This document shows positions 1-12,868 of a DNA stretch of 64,000 bases, in pieces. Source of the DNA: Eledone cirrhosa (Eukaryota). Where the stretch lies: positions 81,034,001-81,098,000 of the forward strand of contig OZ024745.1 in NCBI GenBank assembly GCA_964016885.1, written 5' to 3'. The translations under genes and the position numbers were made by a program. The notes under the pieces are model-generated. The model was not told where the DNA came from. It made no database searches and saw only the letters and a list, made by a program, of their open reading frames with translations. The first letter of the stretch is position 1; the number at the start of each line of letters is the position of its first letter.

Positions 1-3000
1 CCTTAGTCATTGTAAATCAGGCTTTACTTACCTTAGTCATTGTAAATCAGGCTTTACTTACCTTAGACATTGTAAATCAGGCTTTACTTACCTTAGACAT
101 TGTAAATCAAGCTTTAGTTACCTTAGTCATTGTAAATCAGGCTTTACTTACCTTAGTCATTGTAAATCAGGCTTTACTTACCTTAGTCATTGTAAATCAG
201 GCTTTACTTACCTTAGTCATTGTAAATCAGGCTTTACTTACCTTAGTCATTGTAAATCAGGCTTTACTTACCTTAGTCATTGTAAATCAGGCTTTACTTA
301 ACTTAGTCATTGTAAATCAGGCTTTACTTACCTTAGACATCGTAAATCAAGCTTTACTTACCTTAGTCATTGTAAATCAGGCTTTACTTACCTTAGACAT
401 TGTAAATCAGGCTTTACTTACCTTAGTCATTGTAAATCATGCTTTACTTACCTTAGTCATTGTAAATCATGCTTTACTTACCTTAGACATTGTAAATCAG
501 GCTTTACTTACCTTAGACATTGTAAATCAAGCTTTAGTTACCTTAGACATTGTAAATCAGGCTTTACTTACCTTAGACATTGTAAATCAAGCTTTAGTTA
601 CCTTAGACATTGTAAATCAGGCTTTACTTACCTTAGTCATTGTAAATCAGGCTTTACTTACCTTAGACATTGTAAATCAGGCTTTACTTACCTTAGACAT
701 TGTAAATCAGGCTTTACTTACCTTAGACATTGTAAATCAGGCTTTACTTACCTTAGTCATTGTAAATCAGGCTTTACTTACCTTAGTCATTGTAAATCAG
801 GCTTTACTTACCTTAGACATTGTAAATCAGGCTTTACTTACCTTAGTCATTGTAAATCAGGCTTTACTTACCTTAGTCATTGTAAATCAGGCTTTACTTA
901 CCTTAGACATTGTAAATCAGGCTTTACTTACCTTAGTCATTGTAAATCAAGCTTTACTTACCTTAGTCATTGTAAATCAGGCTCTACTTACCTTAGTCAT
1001 TGTAATCAGGCTTTACTTACCTTAGACATTGTAAATCAGGCTTTACTTACCTTAGTCATTGTAATCAGGCTTTACTTACCTTAGTCATTGTAAATCAGGC
1101 TTTACTTACCTTAGACATTGTAAATCAAGCTTTACTTACCTTAGACATTGTAAATCAAGCTTTACTTACCTTAGTCATTGTAAATCAGGCTTTACTTACC
1201 TTAGACATTGTAAATCAGGCTTTACTTACCTTAGTCATTGTAATCAGGCTTTACTTACCTTAGACATTGTAAATCAGGCTTTACTTACCTTAGTCATTGT
1301 AATCAGGCTTTACTTACCTTAGTCATTGTAAATCAGGCTTTACTTACCTTAGTCATTGTAAATCAAGATTTACTTACCTTAGTCATTGTAAATCAGGCTC
1401 TACTTACCTTAGACATTGTAAATCAGGCTTTACTTACCTTAGTCATTGTAAATCAGGCTCTACTTACCTTAGTCATTGTAATCAGGCTTTACTTACCTTA
1501 GTCATTGTAAATCAGGCTTTACTTACCTTAGTCATTGTAAATCAAGCTTTACTTACCTTAGACATTGTAAATCAGGCTTTACTTACCTTAGTCATTGTAA
1601 ATCAAGCTTTACTTACCTTAGTCATTGTAAATCAGGCTCTACTTACCTTAGTCATTGTAATCAGGCTTTACTTACCTTAGACATTGTAAATCAGGCTTTA
1701 CTTACCTTAGTCATTGTAATCGGGCTTTACTTACCTTAGTCATTGTAAATCAGGCTTTACTTACCTTAGACATTGTAAATCAAGCTTTACTTACCTTAGT
1801 CATTGTAAATCAGGCTTTACTTACCTTAGTCATTGTAAATCAGGCTCTACTTACCTTAGACATTGTAAATCAGGCTTTACTTACCTTAGTCATTGTAAAT
1901 CAAGCTTTACTTACCTTAGTCATTGTAAATCAGGCTTTACTTACCTTAGACATTGTAAATCAAGCTTTATTTACCTTAGACATTGTAAATCAGGCTTTAC
2001 TTACCTTAGTCATTGTAAATCAAGCTTTACTTACCTTAGACATTGTAAATCAGGCTTTACTTACCTCAGTCATTGTAAATCAGGCTCTACTTACCTTAGT
2101 CATTGTAATCAGGCTTTACTTACCTTAGTCATTGTAAATCAGGCTTTACTTACCTTAGTCATTGTAATCAGGCTTTACTTACCTTAATCATTGTAAATCA
2201 GGCTCTACTTACCTTAGTCATTGTAATCAGGCTTTACTTACCTTAGACATTGTAAATCAGGCTTTACTTACCTTAGTCATTGTAATCAGGCTTTACTTAC
2301 CTTAGTCATTGTAAATCAGGCTTTACTTACCTTAGACATTGTAAATCAAGCTTTACTTACCTTAGTCATTGTAAATCAGGCTCTACTTACCTTAGACATT
2401 GTAAATCAGGCTTTACTTACCTTAGTCATTGTAAATCAAGCTTTACTTACCTTAGTCATTGTAAATCAGGCTTTACTTACCTTAGACATTGTAAATCAAG
2501 CTTTATTTACCTTAGACATTGTAAATCAGGCTTTACTTACCTTAGTCATTGTAAATCATTGTAAATCAAGCTTTATTTACCTTAGACATTGTAAATCAGG
2601 CTTTACTTACCTTAGTCATTGTAAATCAGGCTCTACTTACCTTAGACATTGTAAATCAGGCTTTACTTACCTTAGTCATTGTAAATCAGGCTCTACTTAC
2701 CTTAGTCATTGTAATCAGGCTTTACTTACCTTAGTCATTGTAAATCAGGCTTTACTTACCTTAGTCATTGTAATCAGTCTTTACTTACCTTAGTCATTGT
2801 AAATCAGGCTTACCTTAGTCATTGTAAATCAGGCTTTACTTACCTTAGACATTGTAAATCAAGCTTTATTTACCTTAGACATTGTAAATCAGGCTTTACT
2901 TACCTTAGTCATTGTAAATCAAGCTTTACTTACCTTAGTCATTGTAAATCAGGCTCTACTTACCTTAGACATTGTAAATCAAGCTTTATTTACCTTAGTC

Positions 3001-6000
3001 ATTGTAAATCAGGCTTTACTTACCTTAGACATTGTAAATCAAGCTCTACTTACCTTAGTCATTGTAAATCAAGCTCTACTTACCTTAGTCATTGTAAATC
3101 AGGCTTTACTTACCTTAGACATTGTAAATCAGGCTCTACTTACCTTAGTCATTGTAAATCAAGCTCTACTTACCTTAGTCATTGTAAATCAAGCTTTACT
3201 TACCTTAGTCATTGTAAATCAGGCTCTACTTACCTTAGACATTGTAAATCAAGCTCTACTTACCTTAGTCATTGTAAATCAAGCTCTACTTACCTTAGTC
3301 ATTGTAAATCAGGCTTTACTTACCTTAGTCATTGTAAATCAGGCTTTACTTACCTTAGACATTGTAAATCAGGCTTTACTTACCTTAGTCATTGTAAATC
3401 AGGCTTTACTTACCTTAGTCATTGTAAATCAGGCTTTACTTACCTTAGTCATTGTAAATCAGGCTTTACTTACCTTAGTCATTGTAAATCAAGCTTTACT
3501 TACCTTAGTCATTGTAAATCAAGCTTTACTTACCTTAGTCATTGTAAATCAGGCTTTACTTACCTTAGACATTGTAAATCAAGCTTTACTTACCTTAGTC
3601 ATTGTAAATCAAGCTTTACTTACCTTAGTCATTGTAAATCAGGCTTTACTTACCTTAGACATTGTAAATCAAGCTCTACTTACCTTAGACATTGTAAATC
3701 AAGCTCTACTTACCTTAGTCATTGTAAATCAAGCTCTACTTACCTTAGTCATTGTAAATCAAGCTCTACTTACCTTAGACATTGTAAATCAGGCTTTACT
3801 TACCTTAGACATTGTAAATCAAGCTCTACTTACCTTAGACATTGTAAATCAAGCTTTACTTACCTTAGTCATTGTAAATCAAGCTTTACTTACCTTAGTC
3901 ATTGTAAATCAGGCTTTACTTACCTTAGACATTGTAAATCAAGCTCTACTTACCTTAGACATTGTAAATCAAGCTCTACTTACCTTAGTCATTGTAAATC
4001 AAGCTCTACTTACCTTAGTCATTGTAAATCAAGCTCTACTTACCTTAGACATTGTAAATCAGGCTTTACTTACCTTAGACATTGTAAATCAAGCTCTACT
4101 TACCTTAGACATTGTAAATCAAGCTTTACTTACCTTAGTCATTGTAAATCAAGCTCTACTTACCTTAGTCATTGTAAATCAAGCTCTACTTACCTTAGAC
4201 ATTGTAAATCAGGCTTTACTTACCTTAGACATTGTAAATCAAGCTCTACTTACCTTAGACATTGTAAATCAAGCTTTACTTACCTTAGTCATTGTAAATC
4301 AAGCTTTACTTACCTTAGTCATTGTAAATCAGGCTTTACTTACCTTAGACATTGTAAATCAAGCTTTACTTACCTTAGTCATTGTAAATCAAGCTTTACT
4401 TACCTTAGTCATTGTAAATCAAGCTCTACTTACCTTAGTCATTGTAAATCAAGCTCTACTTACCTTAGACATTGTAAATCAGGCTTTACTTACCTTAGAC
4501 ATTGTAAATCAGGCTTTACTTACCTTAGACATTGTAAATCAGGCTTTACTTACCTTAGACATTGTAAATCAGGCTTTACTTACCTTAGACATTGTAAATC
4601 AAGCTTTACTTACCTTAGTCATTGTAAATCAAGCTTTACTTACCTTAGTCATTGTAAATCAGGCTTTACTTACCTTAGTCATTGTAAATCAAGCTCTACT
4701 TACCTTAGTCATTGTAAATCAAGCTCTACTTACCTTAGTCATTGTAAATCAGGCTTTACTTACCTTAGTCATTGTAAATCAAGCTTTACTTACCTTAGTC
4801 ATTGTAAATCAGGCTTTACTTACCTTAGACACTGTAAATCAGGCTTTACTTACCTTAGACATTGTAAATCAAGCTTTACTTACCTTAGTCATTGTAAATC
4901 AAGATTTACTTACCTTAGTCATTGTAAATCAGGCTTTACTTACCTTAGTCATTGTAAATCAGGCTTTACTTACCTTAGTCATTGTAAATCAAGCTCTACT
5001 TACCTTAGTCATTGTAAATCAGGCTTTACTTACCTTAGTCATTGTAAATCAGGCTTTACTTACCTTAGTCATTGTATATCAAGCTCTACTTACCTTAGTC
5101 ATTGTAAATCAGGCTTTACTTACCTTAGTCATTGTAAATCAGGCTTTACTTACCTTAGTCATTGTAAATCAAGCTCTACTTACCTTAGTCATTGTAAATC
5201 AAGCTTTACTTACCTTAGTCATTGTAAATCAAGCTTTACTTACCTTAGTCATTGTAAATCAAGCTTTACTTACCTTAGTCATTGTAAATCAAGCTTTACT
5301 TACCTTAGTCATTGTAAATCAGGCTTTACTTACCTTAGACATTGTAAATCAGGCTTTACTTACCTTAGTCATTGTAAATCAAGCTTTACTTACCTTAGAC
5401 ATTGTAAATCAAGCTTTACTTACCTTAGTCATTGTAAATCAAGCTTTACTTACCTTAGTCATTGTAAATCAGGCTTTACTTACCTTAGACATTGTAAATC
5501 AGGCTTTACTTACCTTAGTCATTGTAAATCAAGCTTTACTTACCTTAGACATTGTAAATCAAGCTTTACTTACCTTAGACATTGTAAATCAGGCTTTACT
5601 TACCTTAGACATTGTAAATCAAGCTTTACTTACCTTAGTCATTGTAAATCAAGCTCTACTTACCTTAGTCATTGTAAATCAGGCTTTACTTACCTTAGTC
5701 ATTGTAAATCAAGCTTTACTTACCTTAGTCATTGTAAATCAGGCTTTACTTACCTTAGTCATTGTAAATCAGGCTTTACTTACCTTAGTCATTGTAAATC
5801 AGGCTTTACTTACCTTAGTCATTGTAAATCAGGCTTTACTTACCTTAGTCATTGTAAATCAGGCTTTACTTACCTTAGTCATTGTAAATCAGGCTTTACT
5901 TACCTTAGTCATTGTAAATCAAGCTTTACTTACCTTAGTCATTGTAAATCAAGCTTTACTTACCTTAGTCATTGTAAATCAGGCTTTACTTACCTTAGTC

Positions 6001-6971
6001 ATTGTAAATCAGGCTTTACTTACCTTAGTCATTGTAAATCAGGCTTTACTTACCTTAGTCATTGTAAATCAAGCTTTACTTACCTTAGACATTGTAAATC
6101 AGGCTTTACTTACCTTAGTCATTGTAAATCAAGCTTTACTTACCTTAGTCATTGTAAATCAAGCTTTACTTACCTTAGACATTGTAAATCAAGCTTTACT
6201 TACCTTAGTCATTGTAAATCAAGCTTTACTTACCTTAGTCATTGTAAATCAGGCTTTACTTACCTTAGACATTGTAAATCAGGCTTTACTTACCTTAGTC
6301 ATTGTAAATCAAGCTCTACTTACCTTAGTCATTGTAAATCAAGCTTTACTTACCTTAGACATTGTAAATCAAGCTTTACTTACCTTAGACATTGTAAATC
6401 AAGCTTTACTTACCTTAGTCATTGTAAATCAAGCTCTACTTACCTTAGTCATTGTAAATCAGGCTTTACTTACCTTAGTCATTGTAAATCAGGCTTTACT
6501 TACCTTAGTCATTGTAAATCAAGCTTTACTTACCTTAGTCATTGTAAATCAGGCTTTACTTACCTTAGTCATTGTAAATCAGGCTTTACTTACCTTAGTC
6601 ATTGTAAATCAGGCTTTACTTACCTTAGTCATTGTAAATCAGGCTTTACTTACCTTAGTCATTGTAAATCAGGCTTTACTTACCTTAGTCATTGTAAATC
6701 AGGCTTTACTTACCTTAGTCATCGTAAATCAGGCTTTACTTACCTTAGTCATTGTAAATCAGGCTTTACTTACCTTAGTCATTGTAAATCAAGCTTTACT
6801 TACCTTAGTCATTGTAAATCAAGCTCTACTTACCTTAGACATTGTAAATCAGGCTTTACTTACCTTAGTCATTGTAAATCAGGCTTTACTTACCTTAGTC
6901 ATTGTAAATCAAGCTCTACTTACCTTAGTCATTGTAAATCAAGCTCTACTTACCTTAGACATTGTAAATCA
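1..6971. repeat. 30-bp tandem satellite/minisatellite (CCTTAGWCATTGTAAATCARGCTYTACTTA), ~232 copies, open at the window start
   Basis: Directly visible 30-nt periodicity with three common variable sites. A 29-bp variant (TGTAATC) occurs at ~1000-2780. The array ends abruptly at ~6971. Confidence 0.99.
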
Positions 6972-7382
6972 TGACACGAATAGTCTTAAAATGTATGTTT
7001 TTATATTAGAATCAGTAGGTGGTGGGTTTTATTAAGGAAGATTTACCAGCTATAATATGGTTAGATGGATAAGGCAGTTGATACTCAGTTAAATGTTTAA
7101 AGTGTTTTGTTTAGTAAAACAAAGTAATATTCTAGGATTAACTTTTTCAACTCTCTACAAAATGTTTTTGTATTTATAAAAATAATTGTTTCTACGTTGG
7201 CACAAGGCCAGCAATTACCCAGTGCATTACTGGTACTTTATTTATAAAAGTAATAACTGTGGAATGGGTTCACTGCTTAACCCTTTGTTCCCATATTTCT
7301 AATGAAATTCACTGTATTTGAATTAGTTAATGTAGAATTTAAAGTTATTTACTAGAATTATTAATTATCTCAGGGTGTTGGG

Positions 7383-7520
7383 TTGGCAGGATTGGTAGAG
7401 CATCGGACAACATGCTTTGCAGCATATAGTTACGACCCTTTCTGAGTTTAAATCCCACTGAGCTTAGCTTTGCCTTTCATCCTTACAGGGTTGATAAAAT
7501 AAAGTACCAGTAATGTATTG
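7383..7520 (+). mobile_element. Degenerate tRNA-derived SINE with Meta-type central domain
   Basis: A-box-like TGGCAGGATTGG and B-box-like GAGTTTAAATCC, followed by GCCTTTCATCCTTACAGGGTTGATAAAATAAAGTACCAG, which resembles the MetaSINE domain. Confidence 0.65.
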
Positions 7521-8051
7521 ACTTTCTCCTTCACTTCTAATTGAGGTCTTATGCCAAAAGTAAAAACAATTATTAAGACAATATTTATAACTTGACAAAA
7601 GGTTATAAATATTATATGTTGGAAGATTTAAATTTAAATAGGAACCCTTTACATAAAAACAAGGGTTAAGAGTAGATGAATATAATTAAGGCACTAGCAG
7701 AATTTTGGAGTTCAAAATCATGCAACAGGGAGCTTTGCTTTGCATTCCTCTAAGGGCCATAACATAAATCTACAGATGTAGTGTGTGGTAGTTTTAAGAT
7801 TCTGCACAACTAACCACAAGTTCATCACAGTTCAAGTCCTGTTACAGTCATTGTGTTGTGCATCTTCTATGAAATTGGTCTCTTATATGTTCTTGTATAA
7901 AAATGCTCTACATATAGAAATTATTATTTCTTGCGTAAAATTATGTATTTTATATTTTTTACAATTATTTTTTTTGTATAGAATTGTTAGAGGTAATATT
8001 ATGTTCTCTCTCCCTCTCCCCGCATGTGTATATCCATTTTCATATGTATAT

Positions 8052-8151
8052 ATATATAGAAGAGGCTTCTACAGGACTAGTACTGTTTCATTCATATGAT
8101 GATTTCATACGAATGAAACAATACTAATCCTGTAGAAGCCTTTTCTATATA
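8052..8151. repeat. ~45-bp-arm hairpin, PLE terminal-repeat (pLTR) remnant with degenerate hammerhead core
   Basis: AGAGGCTTCTACAGGACTAGTACTGTTTCATTCATATGA is mirrored by TCATACGAATGAAACAATACTAATCCTGTAGAAGCC. TGATGA...GAAAC spans the loop and right arm. Confidence 0.6.
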
Positions 8152-8279
8152 AACTCCTGTCTTCACTCTACACATGTATTGAGTACCTTATTTCCTGTGG
8201 TTATCCTCGACTCAACTTGGGACCTACTTATATATATATAAGGTGTTGTAGTTTGCTTGAAGCATTGTGGGATATGAAT

Positions 8280-8905
8280 ATGACTAAGATATTAAGTTTG
8301 GTTATTTGGAAGCTTGACAATGCCTGTTTGGGAAAAATGTCAAGGTAATAAGAAAGTAGGTAGTGGAATAATAAAGACATAGTGAATTGAAATAAAAGAG
8401 TGGGGATGATAGAAAGTTACCTTAGCAATTTTTAATGATCCCAAATATTTTCAGATTTTACATCCATTATCAGAGAGAAACCTGAGAAATGTGGGTGGTT
8501 GTTCGATTTACACACACACGCGCACATATATCATACACATACTCACACACGCGCACATATATCATACACATACTCACACACGCGCACATATATCATACAC
8601 ATACTCACACATGTTCTCCTTACACACATGCACAAACAACTTTAAACTTTTTCATTCAAAATAAATTGAACAGCCGCTTACAACATTTCTCTGGTTTCTC
8701 TCTGAGTTCTCCCACTATGGACTCCACCTGATAATGGATGGAAAATCTGAAAATATTTGGGATCATTAAAAATTGCTGAGGCAACTTTCTCTCATCTTCA
8801 CTCTTTTATTTGAGTTCACTGTGTTCCTTTAATCTTCTACTTTCTTATTACCTTGGCATTTTTACCAAATATGCATTGTTGAGCTTCCAAATTCTTAGTC
8901 GTAAT
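8280..8905. repeat. Old inverted repeat (~230-bp arms) around a CA/TA spacer, probable inverted PLE pLTR pair
   Basis: 8280-8510 is a diverged reverse complement of 8660-8905 (e.g. AATGATCCCAAATATTTTCAGATTTT / AAAATCTGAAAATATTTGGGATCATT). Degenerate CTGATAA...GAAA core near 8728-8752. Confidence 0.65.
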
Positions 8906-8913
8906 TGTATCTC

Positions 8914-8948
<35 letters not shown>

Positions 8949-9489
8949 TTATATATAATCTCCAACATTGTATCTGGCTCTCTCAAACCATGCTGGCTGC
9001 TACTTCAAACAAGTTCACTCAATCCTTTCCCTCTCTTCTTACAAATTAATATAATTATAACTCTTACTAATGTTATCATTTGATATTTCTTGGTTCTCGG
9101 TCTGTTTGGCTAAAGTATGCCATTGTCAAATTTAATTTCAATAGTTTACATTTGTTGTTCCTAGCTAAAATATCCTATATTGTCCCCATTATCTAAGCCC
9201 CTCACCTTAGTCTTCCTATTCTTCATCTCCTGCTTTATCATCCAAGCCATGCTAACATAGATAGATGACATTTCCACCCACATTGTGCTTCCCTAGTACA
9301 TCTCTGTTTCATCTTCCTTGTCTAAACCATACCAGTATGAAAAGTCAGGCATGGCCTACAATATATTGCCAATGCTTGCTTTCCCACTGTGGAATGACTC
9401 CCTCCCTTGCCAAGCAATGTAGCTTGCCCCATCCCTCTCATCTTGTACTTCTCCTATCACTCTCTTCTTAGCCTGGCCGAAGACACAAC

Positions 9490-9935
9490 AAACACTCTAG
9501 TATTGGTGCCACAATAAAAAATACACAGTCCACTCTGTTGTGGCATAGTGTTGGTGCTACAATAAAAAAAGCACCCATTCCACTCTGTAAGGTGGTAGTA
9601 TTTGTGTCACAATAAAAAATACACAGTCCACTCTGTAAGGTGGTAGTGTTAGTGTCACAATAAAAAACTCCCAGCCCACCCTGTAAAGAGGTTATACTGG
9701 TGTCATGATAAAATGCTTCCAGTATACTCTGTAAGGCCATAGTGTTGCTGCCTCTATAAAATGCTCTCACTACACACTGTAAATTGATTGGCATGAGGAA
9801 GGGAATCCAGTCGTAGAAATCAAGCTAAAAACGGAGTGTACGAGTAAGACATAGTTACCTGATTAGTCTAACCTCAGAATATAACAACTCATCTAATCTC
9901 TGCAAGCATGGAAAATAGATGTTAAATGGCAAAGA
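9490..9935 (+). mobile_element. RTE-3'UTR-derived SINE-like fragment with ~6 tandem ~50-bp subrepeats
   Basis: Repeated CACAATAAAAAATACACAGTCCACTCTGTAAGGTGGTAG units, then GGAAGGGAATCCAGTCGTAGAAATCAAGC and GCAAGCATGGAAAATAGATGTTAAATG. These match the 3' ends of the RTE copies at 27000-27119 and 30260-30409. Confidence 0.7.
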
Positions 9936-11534
9936 TGTAGTAACAGAAATGCCCTACGGTGTTTAGTTTGACTCTTCTATGTTCCAATTTCAAATTGATA
10001 GCCTTATGCCAAATTAAAACTGCAATACATCTTGCATAAAATTGTTATGTGTGAATGCACAAAATTGCATGCCAGCAAGGTAGCTGATGAGGTAGAGATC
10101 CAGTTGTCTGTTTGTCTTTGTGTGCATTTTCTGCTTATATATATATATAAATGACATGCCAGTTCTTGATAAAAGTTATTTTTATTTGCTTGACTCCCTC
10201 TCTTTCTTCTCCTTCTTGCTCTTCAGCTATTTATCTGTTTCCCTCTCTTTCATTCTCCCTTTGTTTTTCTCACTATCTTTTGTCTTTTTCCATCTCCTCC
10301 TTGTTATCTCTTTCTCATGTCTTTAATCTCTAAAGTTTGGTAGGTAGCAGAAATTCTTTTTTTTAAAGCTTTGTCATCCAAACACTTGATGAAATTCAAA
10401 AGTATTTTTTCCTTTCTTTCTGCATTTTACATAAGTCTTTTGTCTATTTATTTCTAGTTGTAATATTTCTATGTATTCATTGGTGTTTTGGTTGAAAGAC
10501 ACCCATAGATTTTTGTATCCCCTAAGTCTACTTCCACCATAAGCTAGTTTTTCAGGTCGTTTGAGCACATGGAAAATAAGTTGAGTAACTAATTTTCTAT
10601 TCCATTTTGTTTGATAATTTGTTTTAATTATTTAAGAGAATTTATTTCATTTTAATTTCATTTAAATAACGTTTTGTTTCATGTATGTATTTCCTTTTTA
10701 ATCTATTTAGATGCTTTGTTTAATGGTTTAGGATTAAATTTAATGTTTACTTCATTTACACAAGTCTATTTAATTATTTAGTTAGTCATTTTAATTATTT
10801 GAGGATATTTTCTAGTTAGTATTTTATATGCAGACATGTTTTAAGTAGGTTAACTTCAATAATTTAGCTTTGAGACTGTTCATTGTTGGTTGAGTATAGG
10901 AGTTTTGAATTTCCATATTTTATTTCTTTTCACACTTACTCTGAGTTTGGCTTTAAAATATGTTTGATGCATTTGATAAATATTTGCAATTAAATGGTTC
11001 AGGATGGGTTTATTTGGGACTAAAGACAATTGCAGTGATGTTGGTTTGTCAGGCAGATTATCATTCTAATATTTAAATAGTTTTATCTGTTAGTATGGCA
11101 ATGGTCTAGTTGGTGTAGATTATTATGCAATGGGGTTGAAGTCGCTGCAGATAATAACGAATATTGTTTAATATCTATTCTTATACAGAAACTGCATAAT
11201 ATGATGGCTGCAGTTGGTTGGAAAAAGTCTGTCTCCCCCATACTCTTATTTATAGCAAATTAGGGGCTGGGAAATGATATCTGAGGTAGGGATTATGGAG
11301 GATGCCTTAGTTCTAGTATAGACATTTAGTTCATGATTGGCTTTATTTTTATGAATGTATTATTTATGAGTTTGGAATTTGATGTTATCCACTAGATGTC
11401 TTGTTTATGGTTGGCTTTATTTTCTGAGTGTATTATTTACATATAGGCCATTCAATAATTACTTTATATTTGTTCTAGGTACATTTATGTTCATATTTAT
11501 GTATTTGACAGTCCTACTTCTTTATTTTTATATA

Positions 11535-11822
11535 TATAAACGATGAAGTTTTGTTTACACGTATTTTAGTTCTTTATTGTGTATCGACCTGTTACGCGCG
11601 TTTCGCAGAGGATTGACTCAGGGTCACCCATAGAAGTTATGGACCCGGCTCCATTATCGATCTGCTCTTTTTGTTGATTGCCACTCTGAAGAGCAGATCA
11701 ATAATGGAGTCAAGTTCATAACTTCTATGGGTGACCCTGAGCCAATTCTCTGTGAAACAAGAGTAACAGATTGATGCCCAATAAAATAACTATATACATG
11801 TAAGCAAAACTTCATTGTTTTT
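11535..11822. repeat. Fold-back PLE pLTR remnant (~130-bp arms) with degenerate hammerhead
   Basis: 11535-11668 mirrors 11690-11822. The core reads CTGAAGA-GCAGA...TCTGT-GAAA. The left arm read on minus gives GAAA-CGCGCG-TA. Confidence 0.7.
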
Positions 11823-11932
11823 CTTAATATATACACTCTGCATGTGTATCGAGTGTTCGTTTTGGTACCTCCACCATTAATTCACTGAATCACATACACT
11901 ATATATATTTATATATAATATTTATTTTTCAG

Positions 11933-12033
11933 ACAAATACAAACCACTGTCGAACAATTCAAACTCAATTTACAGATCCATTAGTGATATTCCAGGTATA
12001 AACACTCCATCAACTTCATCACAGAGACAGTAA
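11933..12033 (+). CDS. Candidate terminal coding exon of an unidentified + strand gene (xKYKPLSNNSNSIYRSISDIPGINTPSTSSQRQ*)
   Basis: Acceptor TTTATTTTTCAG, open frame to TAA at 12031-12033, and AATAAA at ~12049. No homology recognised. Confidence 0.3.
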
Positions 12034-12299
12034 ATGTTTAAAAAAGTAAATAAATAAAACCATTTCTATCCAAATGTTTCTGCTTTTAAAGCTTTATCTT
12101 GTTTATTTCTGAGTTAATTTTCTGGATAGGAATTTGATTAATCTTTGATTTTCTGCTGTAACAATCCCATCTTTTGTGAAGGAAATTACTGCCTCTATTG
12201 ACAACAAAAGGTTTTTCTCTATGAACGAAAGGTCAGCTGTATGACGCATGTGTGTGAAGTAGTGAGACATGGACAGTGATGCAGAGGCCGAGAAGAAAT

Positions 12300-12632
12300 G
12301 AAGCAAGCATGTTTTAATGGATGTGCAATGTTAATGACAAAGCATGGATGAACTCAGAGATAAACTGGGTATAAGAGAAATCAGATGTAGTATGCAGGAG
12401 AGAAGACTGTATTGGTATGGCCATATGATATGTTTGGATGATGGGTGAAGAAGTGCCAAGAAGGAAGGAGGCTGCAATAGAGGAAGACTTGGGCAGAAGT
12501 GGTTAGAGTTGATCTCAAATCGCTGGAGCTTACAGGAGATATGACTATCTTGCAACTAATAGAGAGATGCTGTGCAGAAAAAAACCCCCGTCCAACCCAT
12601 GTAAGCATGAAACAGTTGACATAAAATGATGA
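12300..12632 (+). mobile_element. Decayed RTE LINE 3' fragment
   Basis: Diverged copy of the EACMLRWMC...ELRxKLGIRxIRC..QERRLxWYGH region, ending ACCCATGTAAGCATG...AAAATGATGAT. Confidence 0.75.
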
Positions 12633-12868
12633 TTCCCTATTTACACTTCCTAACTTCAGCACCACAACTACCACATTTACCACATTTTTAACTCTAAGGT
12701 TACAGTGCTCCAAAAAGAAGAGTAAAGTTCAGTTAGAAGTTAGGAGTATTAATTACAATCAGATTAAATCTTTTAAAAATTTGTTTATAGTCATTGAAGT
12801 ATTCAATAAACCATAGAAATATGGCTGAGTTAGAGATGAGTATCAAATTGTTGTATAACGGAAATATA

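Noticed and set aside
1-6971. CRISPR array
   Set aside because: The units are head-to-tail with no unique spacers, there are no cas genes, and the context is eukaryotic.
6954-6984. Carboxylesterase-like micro-exon YSCHDLQCLR
   Set aside because: It is too short, has a weak acceptor and has no supporting exons. It is kept only as a possibility within the satellite finding.
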